This document shows positions 29,151 to 39,505 of a stretch of 64,000 bases of DNA, one piece after another. This DNA comes from an uncultured Desulfosarcina sp. (GTDB taxonomy: Bacteria > Desulfobacterota > Desulfobacteria > Desulfobacterales > Desulfosarcinaceae), in NCBI GenBank assembly GCA_963674945.2, contig CAXXWQ010000004.1, positions 576,001 to 640,000 of the forward strand, given 5' to 3'. The notes beneath the pieces are model-generated. The model saw only the letters and a program-made list of their open reading frames with translations. It did not search any database and was not told where the DNA came from. The number at the start of each line of letters is the position of its first letter. Positions within the stretch are counted from its first letter, which is position 1. The translations under genes and the position numbers were made by a program.

Positions 29151-30179
29151 CCTTTCTGAAACAGGTCGTTGTCGCATCAGCGGAAACCACACATGGTAAA
29201 CTGGTCCGAATGCAATTGGCATTGAGAATAATGGATCGAATGTTGTTAAGCAAAGGTACTTGATGCCGCCGGTCAAACTTTGATTTTATACATCCCAGCG
29301 GAGGTAGAATGCAATAAATCATTTCTCGTTTGTATTACAGTGATTCACTACTTCCATCAAAGAACACAGCAAAACGCATAAAGGCATGCCTGTCCCTTCT
29401 TTGCTCACTTTCATATGTCGAATTCAAACCACTACGCATCACATACGCCTATATCGTCTCTTTGAGACCAAAAATCGCAAGACAGGTGGTATTTATCCCT
29501 TCTTTTCACTTATTTCATTTAATAATAGCAGGTTGCCTTACCCCAACATCTGCTCCATCAGATCATTCTCTATAGATTATATTTATTTAAAAGATAGACA
29601 TTATCCATACTTTATACTTGACAAGGTTTTACGCGGGTGGTAGGCAGCAAATATGGAAATTTTCCATTATATATATCGCTATATATACATTTTATTTATA
29701 TTTTTAGGCTGTTAACTTATCTTCATAATATTTTGTGAAAACATTCCAAAATCCAACGATGTATTACGGAAAATTATGCTGACAATGTTTCGATTTTTTG
29801 GCTTTACGTGAGGCTGTGCGGATAGTTATGCCCGGGCTCGGCATGTTATGAAGTAGGCTGAAAAATCGCGAATAGAAGAATTTTGCTACACCATTTTCTC
29901 CAAAATATTTTTCTACCGCCGTAATTTTTTCAAGCCTTTGGCAAGTTAAGCAGATATTTATTTTTACGAATAAATATCCGCTTTCCGCCAAAATCCTATT
30001 CGCTCAATTCTAAACGAATACAGCCTTTCTGCTCGACAATGGGAATCTGTATGCTCCTATATGCCGATCGGCTTTGGATCATTCTTTTCTCCCATGACTG
30101 GAATACGTCAACAGCCTTGTTAAAATTGAGTACCGAAACATTCGTCCATAAATTCAATCAATGAAAAGTGGAGGTAATT

Positions 30180-31427
30180 ATGTGGAAGGGAAGATTGCCA
30201 ATGAAGGGAGCGCCCTATTGGTATAACACACCCATCGAAGATCTGGATTTCGAATGGAGCCATGAAGACAAAGTAGAGATCGAGAGATATTGTACAAAAA
30301 TTCTTAAAAACATCGAAGAAGAAGGGGGAATGACGCCAAAAGAACGATGGCTGGCGACCATGTATGGAAAGGAAAAGGACCGAATGATGTTTGGTCTTAA
30401 CACCGCCAATGTTTATTGTTCCAGGGTTTTGGATTCCTTTGCAGATGCGATAAAACCGATCGACTTGTACCGGTACCCGAAGTTGTTCATCAAAGCGCAT
30501 TTGGCGACTGTTGCCCGTTTCGGAACAGATTTCGCCAACATGCACGCCATTAGTTATGGCGAGGATATGTTTGGCGGGCAGTCAGAGATGATCGAATACG
30601 GCAATCCAATTCTGTCTGGAGAACCGCCCATCAAATCGTTGGAAGACCTCGAAGGCATAGTTATGCCCAATCCGTACACCGACGGATTGTATCCAGGTTA
30701 CCTTTGGGCCTTTCGGGAATACAAACGAATTCTCGAAGAATACAATGTTCCCCATCCTGTATGGGGATGCATTTGTGTCGGGCCGACCCTGACGGTCATG
30801 ATGTGTATGATGGGATGGACGGAGTTCAGCATGAACTTGCGCAAAAACCCGGAACTGGTCCGCAAATGCATGGATATTTCGACGGAATGGCTTATCACTT
30901 ACGGAAAGGCCGTGATCGATACCAATGCACCGGACGGGATATACACCTGTGAGGTCTTCGACGGTTTTCCCCTAAAAGGAAACGAATGGATCATCGATTA
31001 TCACAAGAAACTCGGGGAAACATTGAGTCAATACGCAATAGAAAAAACAGGGAAAAAGGTCCATCTGGCCTATGGATACGGATTCATGGGCAAAGCGATA
31101 GAGGCTTACAATCTGATGTATCAATACGGAGGACTTGGACCGGCCGGAGAACTTTTCAATGGCGGCTATGGCGGTCGCGGTGAAGTAGACCTGGATGCAG
31201 CGGCGCAGTGGCACTATGAACACGAATGCTATGTAAGCATGTCGATTCTTGACCATACGGCCGAATTTGGCCCCATATCCCAGATAGAGGAAGAAATCAA
31301 AGAGCTTTGCGAGAAGCACAAACACATGCCTAAATTCGTCCCAGGATTTAAATCGACCTACTGGACACCAATGGCACATCTTGATGCAGCCGCTGCTGCA
31401 TTTAAAAAGTATGGCAGGTATGAGTAA
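30180..31427 (+). CDS. uroporphyrinogen decarboxylase / MtaA-CmuA-like methyltransferase family protein
   Basis: MTPKER, PNPYTDG, GPTLT, LRKNPELV, TPMAHLDA..KKYG; GGAGG RBS; adjacent to a corrinoid protein. Confidence 0.8.
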   Translation: MWKGRLPMKGAPYWYNTPIEDLDFEWSHEDKVEIERYCTKILKNIEEEGGMTPKERWLATMYGKEKDRMMFGLNTANVYCSRVLDSFADAIKPIDLYRYPKLFIKAHLATVARFGTDFANMHAISYGEDMFGGQSEMIEYGNPILSGEPPIKSLEDLEGIVMPNPYTDGLYPGYLWAFREYKRILEEYNVPHPVWGCICVGPTLTVMMCMMGWTEFSMNLRKNPELVRKCMDISTEWLITYGKAVIDTNAPDGIYTCEVFDGFPLKGNEWIIDYHKKLGETLSQYAIEKTGKKVHLAYGYGFMGKAIEAYNLMYQYGGLGPAGELFNGGYGGRGEVDLDAAAQWHYEHECYVSMSILDHTAEFGPISQIEEEIKELCEKHKHMPKFVPGFKSTYWTPMAHLDAAAAAFKKYGRYE

Positions 31428-31472
31428 ATTCAGGCTTTTACTTTCAGATACGAACAAAGGGAGTCCCATCAA

Positions 31473-32162
31473 ATGGCTGATGAAGAAATATTGGAAAAAT
31501 TAAAAGAAGCGATTATCGATCTGGATGATGACCTGGTCGCCCAATTGGTTCAAGAGTGCATGGATGCCAAAATTCCAGCCCTTGACGTCATTGTCAAGGG
31601 GTTGAGCCCCGGATTGACCATCATTGGCGACGAGTACGAGGCCAATGACCGGTTCATGAGCGATCTGATGATCTCGGGACAGATCATGAACGACGCCATG
31701 GAGAAGTTGCTTCCGACAGCGGATGTCGAAGCCTCCATCATGAATCGGAAACCGGAGGATAAGGTGATGATCATCGGCACCGTAGAAGGTGATCTTCACA
31801 ACGTCGGCAAAAGAATCGTCTCCGCTTTCTTTTCCGGTGCCGGTATCAAGGCCATCGACATCGGCGAGAACGTGTCGGCCGACAAGTTCGTGGCAGCGAT
31901 CAAGAAGTTCAAACCCGATATCGTAGGCGCATCGGCCATCATCGGGCCGGTGACGCCCTATTGCGGGGTCATCCATAAGGCCATGATGGAAGCCGGCGTC
32001 AGAGAGGACGTAATCTTTATCACCGGCGGCTGGGGCATGACGTCCGAGTGGTGTGACGAGGTCGGTGCCGATACCTTCGGCGAATCCGCCTTCGATGCGC
32101 TCGACAAGGTCAAAGCCATTCTCGACGGTAAGATGGCCAGATGGATCGAGAGGAATAAGTAG
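31473..32162 (+). CDS. corrinoid (cobalamin-binding) methyl-carrier protein
   Basis: Helical cap; GTVEGDLHNVGK (DxHxxG), VGASA, GG, GAD. Confidence 0.93.
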   Translation: MADEEILEKLKEAIIDLDDDLVAQLVQECMDAKIPALDVIVKGLSPGLTIIGDEYEANDRFMSDLMISGQIMNDAMEKLLPTADVEASIMNRKPEDKVMIIGTVEGDLHNVGKRIVSAFFSGAGIKAIDIGENVSADKFVAAIKKFKPDIVGASAIIGPVTPYCGVIHKAMMEAGVREDVIFITGGWGMTSEWCDEVGADTFGESAFDALDKVKAILDGKMARWIERNK

Positions 32163-32169
32163 GAACGTT

Positions 32170-32610
32170 TCAGAATTCGATCCTATTTTCAGACCGCCGC
32201 GGCCCTGATGGCTGCGGCGGTCCCTGCGACGATCTTGGATGCACAGAGTCGTAAGTCCTCAGGGAACCGATCGTTGACAATGATATAGGGAAAAAGGGCA
32301 ATTTGAGGAAAGTCTGAACCGGACTGGGGGATTGAATGATACGGGCGGGCGCAGCGATGCAGGGCATGGCGTCGGCCGACATGCTGACCTGCGCCCCCAT
32401 GGCCTGGACATGATTCGCTATCTCACTGAAAAAGAAGAGGATCTCGGCATCGCCCCGTTCATAAAAGCGTTGACTTGCCTCGAACTTGGTGTCGGCATCG
32501 GTAACGATCCGGTCTATACCTGCCTCCACCAACCGGGCGGCAGGAAGGCTGTTGATAGGGAAAACGTCTCCAAACGGATTTTCCCGTGGTGTGATTTTAT
32601 CGGTTACCAT
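32170..32610 (-). pseudogene. truncated UroD/MtaA-family methyltransferase (only about the first 100 codons recognisable)
   Basis: FPINSLPAARL..IVTD..FFFSEI..QAMGAQV....MP; composition becomes non-protein-like after about 32310. Confidence 0.55.
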
Positions 32611-32613
32611 GAT

Positions 32614-33348
32614 TCATCCTTGCACGGCGGCCCGCAGGAATATACCCACCCCCAGTGCGCCGATCAGCAGCGTGGTTATTTTACCAAACAGATGGTTGGG
32701 GACGCTTTTAAAAACAAGCAAGCCGCTGATAAATCCGATGCAGACGCAAGGCAGATAAAACAGGTTCTGTTTCAGGCCGCCCAATGAGAAAAGATCCATC
32801 CCTGTGTAGGGAATCAATAAAAGTACATTGCCGAGCAGAAAAAAAAGCTGCAGCTCAACCGTAAATAGAAAGCGATCCTTTTGGGTGGCCGCATGATACA
32901 TAATCACCGGCGGCCCCGGCATATACAAGGCACCACCCAGAATGCCACCGGCAAATCCGGACAGGCCGGCCCATACGTTTCTGGGTGAAGCGACAGAGGA
33001 CAGCGGTCGTTTACTACTCACCAGGCAAAAAAGAATCAACGTTATCCCGACGAACATTTTTAAAACGTCGTCCGGCCAGTTTATCAGGAAATAACTGCCG
33101 ATCACGGCCCCCGGAAAAAAGCAAAGCAATTGAACGTAAACTCGTTTCAGCGAAATGTGCCGATGCAAACGCAAAATGAGAAAAACGTTCATGACAACGT
33201 TATAGGGAAAAATAAATGCAATGATGTTCTTTAACGGTGCGATGAGCGACATGATACTGATGGCCGCCATGGCAAAACCGAATCCGGTCAGCCCCATGAC
33301 AAAACTGGACAAAATCAATGCAAAGGCGGTTATCACGACACTTGCCAT
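32614..33348 (-). CDS. sulfite exporter TauE/SafE family
   Basis: GLTGFGFAM, PGAVIG, GILGG..MPGPP. Confidence 0.88.
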   Translation of the reverse strand: MASVVITAFALILSSFVMGLTGFGFAMAAISIMSLIAPLKNIIAFIFPYNVVMNVFLILRLHRHISLKRVYVQLLCFFPGAVIGSYFLINWPDDVLKMFVGITLILFCLVSSKRPLSSVASPRNVWAGLSGFAGGILGGALYMPGPPVIMYHAATQKDRFLFTVELQLFFLLGNVLLLIPYTGMDLFSLGGLKQNLFYLPCVCIGFISGLLVFKSVPNHLFGKITTLLIGALGVGIFLRAAVQG

Positions 33349-33352
33349 CAGG

Positions 33353-34096
33353 TTAAACGGCCTCCAATTCGGCATGTATCTCACGGGTTAGCCCGCGCAC
33401 ATCCGGATCATGGATATCCCTGGGACGTGGGAGTTTGTTTTCCAATATCCGATGAATTCTGCCGGGATTGCTTTTCATGATGACGACACGGTCCGCCAGC
33501 AAAACAGCCTCGTTAATACTGTGGGTGACAAAAATGATGGTTTTTCGGTTTTTTTGCCATATTTTAATCAGTTCACTCTGCAAGCTGCTGCGGGTCTGGG
33601 CATCCAGGGCACCAAAGGGCTCATCCATCAGCAATACTTCGGGGACCACGGCCAGCGCCCTGGCAACGGCCACCCGTTGCTGCATCCCGCCGGAAAGTTC
33701 ATGGGGATATGCGTGTGCGTATGCGCCCAATCCAACAAGGTCCAGATATCGCTCGGCAATCCGCAACCGTTCTTTCTTTTTGACTTGCTGCATTTCAAGG
33801 CCAAAGGCAATGTTACCGATAATGGTTCGCCATGGAAACAGCGTGTATTTTTGAAAAACAACACACCGTTTTGGACTCGGTCCGTTGATCTTTTGACCAT
33901 TGAGTGTGATGACCCCCTCGGTCGCTTTCTCGAGACCGGCGATCATGCGCAGCGTCGTTGTTTTACCGCACCCGGATCGCCCCACGATGCAAATAAAGTC
34001 GTGGGGGTTCACACGAAAATTCAGACGATCCACGGCCGCTATCTTCTCGCCGTTGCCGTTATGATAATATTTGGATACGTTTTGAAGGCAGAGCAT
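33353..34096 (-). CDS. ABC transporter ATP-binding protein (NitT/TauT/SsuB family)
   Basis: GRSGCGKT, LFPW, LSGGMQQR, LLMDEPFGALD, VTH. Confidence 0.96.
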   Translation of the reverse strand: MLCLQNVSKYYHNGNGEKIAAVDRLNFRVNPHDFICIVGRSGCGKTTTLRMIAGLEKATEGVITLNGQKINGPSPKRCVVFQKYTLFPWRTIIGNIAFGLEMQQVKKKERLRIAERYLDLVGLGAYAHAYPHELSGGMQQRVAVARALAVVPEVLLMDEPFGALDAQTRSSLQSELIKIWQKNRKTIIFVTHSINEAVLLADRVVIMKSNPGRIHRILENKLPRPRDIHDPDVRGLTREIHAELEAV

Positions 34097-34123
34097 GATG
34101 AACTCGTAAAATATCGGACTGCA

Positions 34124-34951
34124 TTACAATTTATTGCGCCAGTTAATCCGTTGTTCGCAGATTTTAAATCCACGGTCCATTACAATACCGATGGCTCCAA
34201 TCACCACCATTCCGGCGACAATGATGTCGGCACGCAGGAGCTCATAGGCATACCAGATCAAGTATCCTATCCCGGAATTGCTCCCCGGCATCATTTCGGC
34301 GGCCACCAGGCACATCCAACCGATTCCCAGTCCGATTCGCAGACCTGTCACCGTCAAAGGCAACCCGGCGGGTACAATGACTTTAAACAGAATCGAAAAA
34401 TTGTGAGCGCCAAGGGTTCGGGCAGATTCCAGATATTCAACCGGAATGTTCTTGACACCCTGAATGGTGTTCAACAGAATCGGAAAAAAAGCCCCGATAA
34501 AAATGATCAGCACCGTTGAAAATTGAATTCCCGCTAAAATCGAACACGTCATCAATGGCGGAAACAGATCGGTCAACCCTTTGATTCCAAACCATGCCAG
34601 GATTAACGGCACCCATGCCAAAGGCGGTAGAGGACGGAGCATTTCCAACAGGGAGTCGAAAAATCGTTCGACCAAAGGAAAATACCCCATGGTCAACCCC
34701 AAAGGGATCGCTATGATCGCGGCCAGCAGAAATCCCAGGACCACCCGAATCAAACTGATGAGGGTGTTTTCCAGCAGACTGCCGGTGATCAGAATTTTTG
34801 CCGTTGGGTGCGCAAGCACATAGGCCACGGCATCCAACCGGGGCAGAACCATGGGGTTGTCGAGCCAGACCGCAACCATTTGCCACAGTGCGGCCAGCAG
34901 ACAAGGCAGCACAAAGCGGGGTAACACCGTTTTCAACGTGGCGCCCATCAT
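34124..34951 (-). CDS. ABC transporter permease (TauC/SsuC family)
   Basis: SLIRV, LRPLPPLAWVP, ESARTLGA, WMCLVAAEM. Confidence 0.95.
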   Translation of the reverse strand: MMGATLKTVLPRFVLPCLLAALWQMVAVWLDNPMVLPRLDAVAYVLAHPTAKILITGSLLENTLISLIRVVLGFLLAAIIAIPLGLTMGYFPLVERFFDSLLEMLRPLPPLAWVPLILAWFGIKGLTDLFPPLMTCSILAGIQFSTVLIIFIGAFFPILLNTIQGVKNIPVEYLESARTLGAHNFSILFKVIVPAGLPLTVTGLRIGLGIGWMCLVAAEMMPGSNSGIGYLIWYAYELLRADIIVAGMVVIGAIGIVMDRGFKICEQRINWRNKL

Positions 34952-34954
34952 CGG

Positions 34955-36142
34955 TTACATTTGAATCCCTTTGCCATGCAAATTGGCCTTGGCTTGACCC
35001 ATAAATGTAAAATCAAAGACTTTTGCGTCGATGTCTGCACCACGGACGCCTTTGAGGCTGCCGGTGAACATCCCCATCTGATCCATCGTCTCGGCATAAG
35101 TATAGACACTTTTTTTCCATGGGGCCGATGGTTCGGTCGTGTAGTGCAATGAATCCATGGCGACGGTCTCCACTGATTTGGCCACGCCCAACCATTCTGA
35201 ACAGGCCTTGGCGGAAAGGTCCTTATCCTGATTGGTCAGCATGACGCTTAGCGCCAGCATCTCCATTATTTTAACGGCCAGTTGCGGATCTTGCCGCAAA
35301 AATTTGCCCGTGGCTTCAAGGGAACAGCATGCGTGTCCCATCCATCGATTGTCCGGCGGTACATCCTGAAGGTTCAATATGAACTTTCCAACGCCTTGAT
35401 CGATGGTTACCGAGGGGAATGGCTGCGCACCGATAATGCCCTGGGTGATACCGTTGGCAAGCGCCGCGACCAGATTGCCGTGACCTTTCATGTTGATAAA
35501 CAAGATATCGGCTTTTTTGTCGGCAGCGTCTTCGGTATAGGAAACCCCTTCGTGATCCAGGGCGGAACGAAAAATGATTGCCGCCACGGTATGGGGACCG
35601 GGCATGCCGATCGTGAATTGCTTGCCGCTGCCTTTGACGGCTTTGATGAATTCACGCCAGGTATTTATTGGCAAGCCGTTATTGAGCACAAAAACATTAC
35701 CGGCCGTTTGCAACGGTGAGACGATCCTGGTATCGACTCCTTTGTCAATGGACATCAAAATGGCCTGGGTTCCACTGATGGCGATGTCCACACTGCCCTG
35801 GGCGACCAGCTTTTCGACGTCCGGTCCTTTTTTCGTTGGAATGACTTTGACCTGGGCAGTTTTAACGCCGTCATAATAAAACTCGTAAAATTTGCCTTCG
35901 CTTAACGGCTTCAAGAACATGTTGAATTTTTTCTGAAAAAGCTCCTGGTTTTTCGCGGCGACCATCATGGGTGCATGATGGTCGGACAAAATATAGGCAA
36001 AGCTGATGGTGGGAACGGCGGCAAACGCCGTATTCACGGGCCAGACACCCGAAGTCAGACATGCCGTTGTACCGAGGGCAATGCATTTCCCCGTTGTTTT
36101 GATAAAATCCCGTCGTGTTATGGTTTTCGTTGTTTTCGACAT
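34955..36142 (-). CDS. ABC substrate-binding protein (NrtA/SsuA/CmpA family), Tat-exported
   Basis: TRRDFIK Tat motif; SDHHAP, QPFPS, HACC. Confidence 0.9.
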   Translation of the reverse strand: MSKTTKTITRRDFIKTTGKCIALGTTACLTSGVWPVNTAFAAVPTISFAYILSDHHAPMMVAAKNQELFQKKFNMFLKPLSEGKFYEFYYDGVKTAQVKVIPTKKGPDVEKLVAQGSVDIAISGTQAILMSIDKGVDTRIVSPLQTAGNVFVLNNGLPINTWREFIKAVKGSGKQFTIGMPGPHTVAAIIFRSALDHEGVSYTEDAADKKADILFINMKGHGNLVAALANGITQGIIGAQPFPSVTIDQGVGKFILNLQDVPPDNRWMGHACCSLEATGKFLRQDPQLAVKIMEMLALSVMLTNQDKDLSAKACSEWLGVAKSVETVAMDSLHYTTEPSAPWKKSVYTYAETMDQMGMFTGSLKGVRGADIDAKVFDFTFMGQAKANLHGKGIQM

Positions 36143-36163
36143 GTTTCCTCCTGAATTTTCGGT

Positions 36164-37324
36164 TCAACCGGTTATCAATTCCATAAAAGCTTCAATTCTG
36201 ACGCGCAACTGCCCGATATCGGCGACGGAATAATCCGTTGAGATATTTATGAACGGGATATCGAACCGCTCCTCCACCGCTTTTCTCAGTAAAGCGGATT
36301 CAACCTGGTATGTCGTACAACATTGCCAGGACAGGTCCACGACCCCTCGAATTCCGTAATCTTCAATCATGCGGCCGACCAGTTCGATACGCCGCGCATT
36401 GGGTGTCATACAGGCACAAGGCGTTTCAAGGTATCGTTTTGCAATCGCCAGAAAAGGGTCCGGACACATCTCATCCACCAGCGTGTAAATGCCTTTGATC
36501 CCCGTGCAATTTTCCATGCAGACAACCACACCGCCAACCTCTTCGATCAAGTGTAGAACCTTTTCGGAGCCCTTTCCCATGGGCGTTCCGGTCAACAGGA
36601 TGCGCTTTTTCGTCCCGGTATATTTCTGTTCATCCTGCTCGATTCGCAGCTCCTCGATCAACCTGTCCAACTGTTCCAGGTAGCCGGGGATATCCATCAC
36701 GAAACCCTTGGACTCCATAACCGGTAAAAGATCCATGCCTTTAAAAGGAGAATTACCGGTCTCGGGACGATTCAGTTCCATCAACGTTTGAAAACGCAGC
36801 CGAACTTGATTCAGCCACTTGATTTGACAAACCAGATTATCCGGATGGATCGTATTTCCGGTCTGTTCTTCCAGAAAGACTTTCAACCGAATGATTTGGG
36901 CATACCAGAAATCAATCGCGTCCGAATGGTGTGACGTGTATGGCAGATGCATCAGATGGAGCGGTTTGATTTGCGCCATCAGTTCAAACATCTTTTTTTT
37001 TCCGTCACAGGTGGTTTCCCCGATGATGAAATCCGATGCTTCAAAAAAGGGGCAGGTGTTGGACACCGCATAGCCGAAACTGGATTTGATCAATGGACAC
37101 AATGTGGCCGGCAGAATCGTTTCGGCCGCGTCAATGGGTTCCTGCTTTTTGCCGCATAACCCCACAGGAAGGGCGCCCGCGGCGTAAATCAACTCCACCG
37201 GCGCAAAAATACAATAAATACCGGCGATCTTGACACCATTATCTTTGGCGTTTTCCATATCCCGGATCACATACTCGCCAAAGTTCTCAAAAAACCACCG
37301 CCCTGACATCGAATCGCGCATCAT
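36164..37324 (-). CDS. double-cubane cluster-type anaerobic reductase (2-hydroxyacyl-CoA dehydratase D family)
   Basis: YCIFAP.E, GLCG, LCPLIKSSFG, CPFF, GETTCDGKKK, ENCTG, PCACMTPN, CCTTY, TDYS..D.GQL. Confidence 0.85.
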   Translation of the reverse strand: MMRDSMSGRWFFENFGEYVIRDMENAKDNGVKIAGIYCIFAPVELIYAAGALPVGLCGKKQEPIDAAETILPATLCPLIKSSFGYAVSNTCPFFEASDFIIGETTCDGKKKMFELMAQIKPLHLMHLPYTSHHSDAIDFWYAQIIRLKVFLEEQTGNTIHPDNLVCQIKWLNQVRLRFQTLMELNRPETGNSPFKGMDLLPVMESKGFVMDIPGYLEQLDRLIEELRIEQDEQKYTGTKKRILLTGTPMGKGSEKVLHLIEEVGGVVVCMENCTGIKGIYTLVDEMCPDPFLAIAKRYLETPCACMTPNARRIELVGRMIEDYGIRGVVDLSWQCCTTYQVESALLRKAVEERFDIPFINISTDYSVADIGQLRVRIEAFMELITG

Positions 37325-38006
37325 CTCAATGGTCCCACTTTTTCTGTGCACCCAAAGCATCTTTATCGCCGATCATGTCCGCGCTTCCCGAATGCGGACA
37401 GACCCTGCCCGACTTGAATCATAGAATTGCTCGGATATGCTTCTTTGATATGAAGCCACGATTGACAGGTTATTGATTAGGCGATGTTACGTTGATTATG
37501 ATTTTGGCGCACTGCTTTGTCCAACGACCCGGTCAGAAGAAAATGAGCACTCATGTGAAGCCAGAATCATAATACATGGAATACCTCGCATGAAGACGAG
37601 ATGAAGGTTCCATGGATACTCTGGGAAACAGGGAGATGTCCAATATTTAATATCGATATTCAAACTCATTACTATTGAATAATTCTATTGAGTATTTTGG
37701 TGGCATTCTACAATCCCGAGGAAGAAAGATCCGGCATCTGGTAATGTAAATGATACAATTTCTCCGCCGAGGTAAAAGGAACTGTCTGTAATTGTACACT
37801 TTGTTGAGATATACCAAAATATTTTTCATTATTCCAAACAATTACCTTGATAAATTCTGAGAAGCCGCTATTATCATTGTATTCAATTAAGTCCTGCCGG
37901 CACATACCGTATTCGGGACAGTTCCTCACTGAAGGAAATCACCATTCGCCCTGATGACACCTTCCAGTTTGAAACGTTGAAAATTCACAGAAAGGAGAGT
38001 GCTATC

Positions 38007-38207
38007 ATGGCAAATGGGATTGTGAAGTGGTTTAACGACTCAAAAGGATTCGGATTCATCGAGCAAGAAGACGGACCCGATGTGTTTGTTCACCATTCAG
38101 CTATAAATGCGACCGGATTCAAATCTTTGAATGACGGTGATCGTGTTACCTTCGAGATAGAGCAAGGACCAAAAGGTCCTGCTGCAGCCAATGTAACCGT
38201 GGTTTAG
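38007..38207 (+). CDS. cold-shock protein (CspA family)
   Basis: [31 protein letters not shown]. Confidence 0.97.
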   Translation: MANGIVKWFNDSKGFGFIEQEDGPDVFVHHSAINATGFKSLNDGDRVTFEIEQGPKGPAAANVTVV

Positions 38208-38227
38208 GGATTTACACGAAAAGAGAT

Positions 38228-38263
38228 GGGGCATAATTCCTCAAATTGGAAATTGCCCCTTTT
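38228..38263 (+). terminator. possible intrinsic terminator after csp
   Basis: GGGGCA...TGCCCC stem followed by TTTT. Confidence 0.45.
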
Positions 38264-38449
38264 CCAGAAGGCGGAATTTCCGGAGATTTGACCCACGCTG
38301 TTTCCCCAACTGAAGCACCGAGCTTCGGATACCTCGCCCAGCTATCATTATACGTCCAACTTCAATCATATCACAGCTGGTCTTTACTGGGTCATGTGAC
38401 GTTTTGAATGATCGTTTTTTATGCTTCAAGAAAGGTCAGAATTTCTCGA

Positions 38450-38731
38450 ATGAATATATACATTGGGAATTTATCTTATGTTACAACAAATGATGAATTG
38501 AAGTCGCTGTTTGAAGAATTTGGAGAAACTGAAAATGTCAAAGTGATCAAAGACAGATTCTCCGGGCGTTCGAAGGGGTACGGTTTTGTTGAAATGCCAA
38601 GCAATTCCGAAGCCGACAAAGCAATAAAAGCACTGAACGGAAACCATTTTAACGGCAATTACATAAAGGTAAAGCCGGCAGATTCGGGTAGAAAGCGAAA
38701 AAAGAGACGAACATATCGAAAAAGAGGATAA
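38450..38731 (+). CDS. RRM (RNP-1) RNA-binding protein
   Basis: MNIYIGNL (RNP2), KGYGFVEM (RNP1), basic tail. Confidence 0.95.
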   Translation: MNIYIGNLSYVTTNDELKSLFEEFGETENVKVIKDRFSGRSKGYGFVEMPSNSEADKAIKALNGNHFNGNYIKVKPADSGRKRKKRRTYRKRG

Positions 38732-39064
38732 TAACGCCCATCTCAAAAACACTAAATTCGCCTTTCTGAAATTCGAATTAGTATGTCTGTTAACAAGTAT
38801 TTCTCTTTCCGTAAAACCCCAGCCAGCGGCGCCTACCGTACCTTTGATAAGGGTCTCAGACAAAAAATTGTATAAACCATCATGCCTTGCGACCGCAATC
38901 AAGTTTGAAGGTGTTGGTCGGACCAAGCTGTATTTCCGAATCGTATGGGAATTTTAGGAACGTCTCGAATTCGTTTCATAATTGTCTTGTGAAAAGGACG
39001 AAAATGTGGTTCTTTGGCCCGGTTATCCGCTATCGTCACAACGACAATGAAAGGAATATAAATT

Positions 39065-39481
39065 TTGAAAAAATTGATCGAAGCTCTCTTTTTAAGTTTT
39101 TTGGCAATGTCGTTTCTTATAACCGGATGCAGTGGAAAATATTCTGACGCGAAGAAATTAAACGAAGAAGTACTTGACATTATGGAGGACTTTATTGCCG
39201 ATCTTGAAAAGGCAGACAATGCGGAAGCCGCGGCAAAGGCAATAAACCGATATGCCGACGGGATGGAAGACCTGTTGCCCCGAATGCAAAAGATTTCGGA
39301 GAAGTACCCGGAACTCAAGGACAAGTCCAATCCACTGGAAGAACTTAAAGATAGCCAGAAAAGAGCTGACGAAATGAGTAAAGAAATGGCCGGAGGTATG
39401 ATGAAGCTGATGGTTTACATGAATGACCCGGAAGTCCGGAAAGCGCAGATGCGTCTTAGTGCGATCATGACAAGACAATAA
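39065..39481 (+). CDS. helical hypothetical lipoprotein
   Basis: LITGC lipobox; AAGGA RBS. Confidence 0.75.
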   Translation: MKKLIEALFLSFLAMSFLITGCSGKYSDAKKLNEEVLDIMEDFIADLEKADNAEAAAKAINRYADGMEDLLPRMQKISEKYPELKDKSNPLEELKDSQKRADEMSKEMAGGMMKLMVYMNDPEVRKAQMRLSAIMTRQ

Positions 39482-39505
39482 TGCAGCGAAGGTGAAAAGT
39501 AACCG

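Noticed and set aside
29300..30100. Short ORFs in the AT-rich gap
   Set aside because: No RBS, motif or protein-like composition; treated as intergenic regulatory DNA.
32192..32222. GC-rich hairpin between convergent operons as a terminator
   Set aside because: Good stem but no U-tract on either strand, so it was left uncalled.
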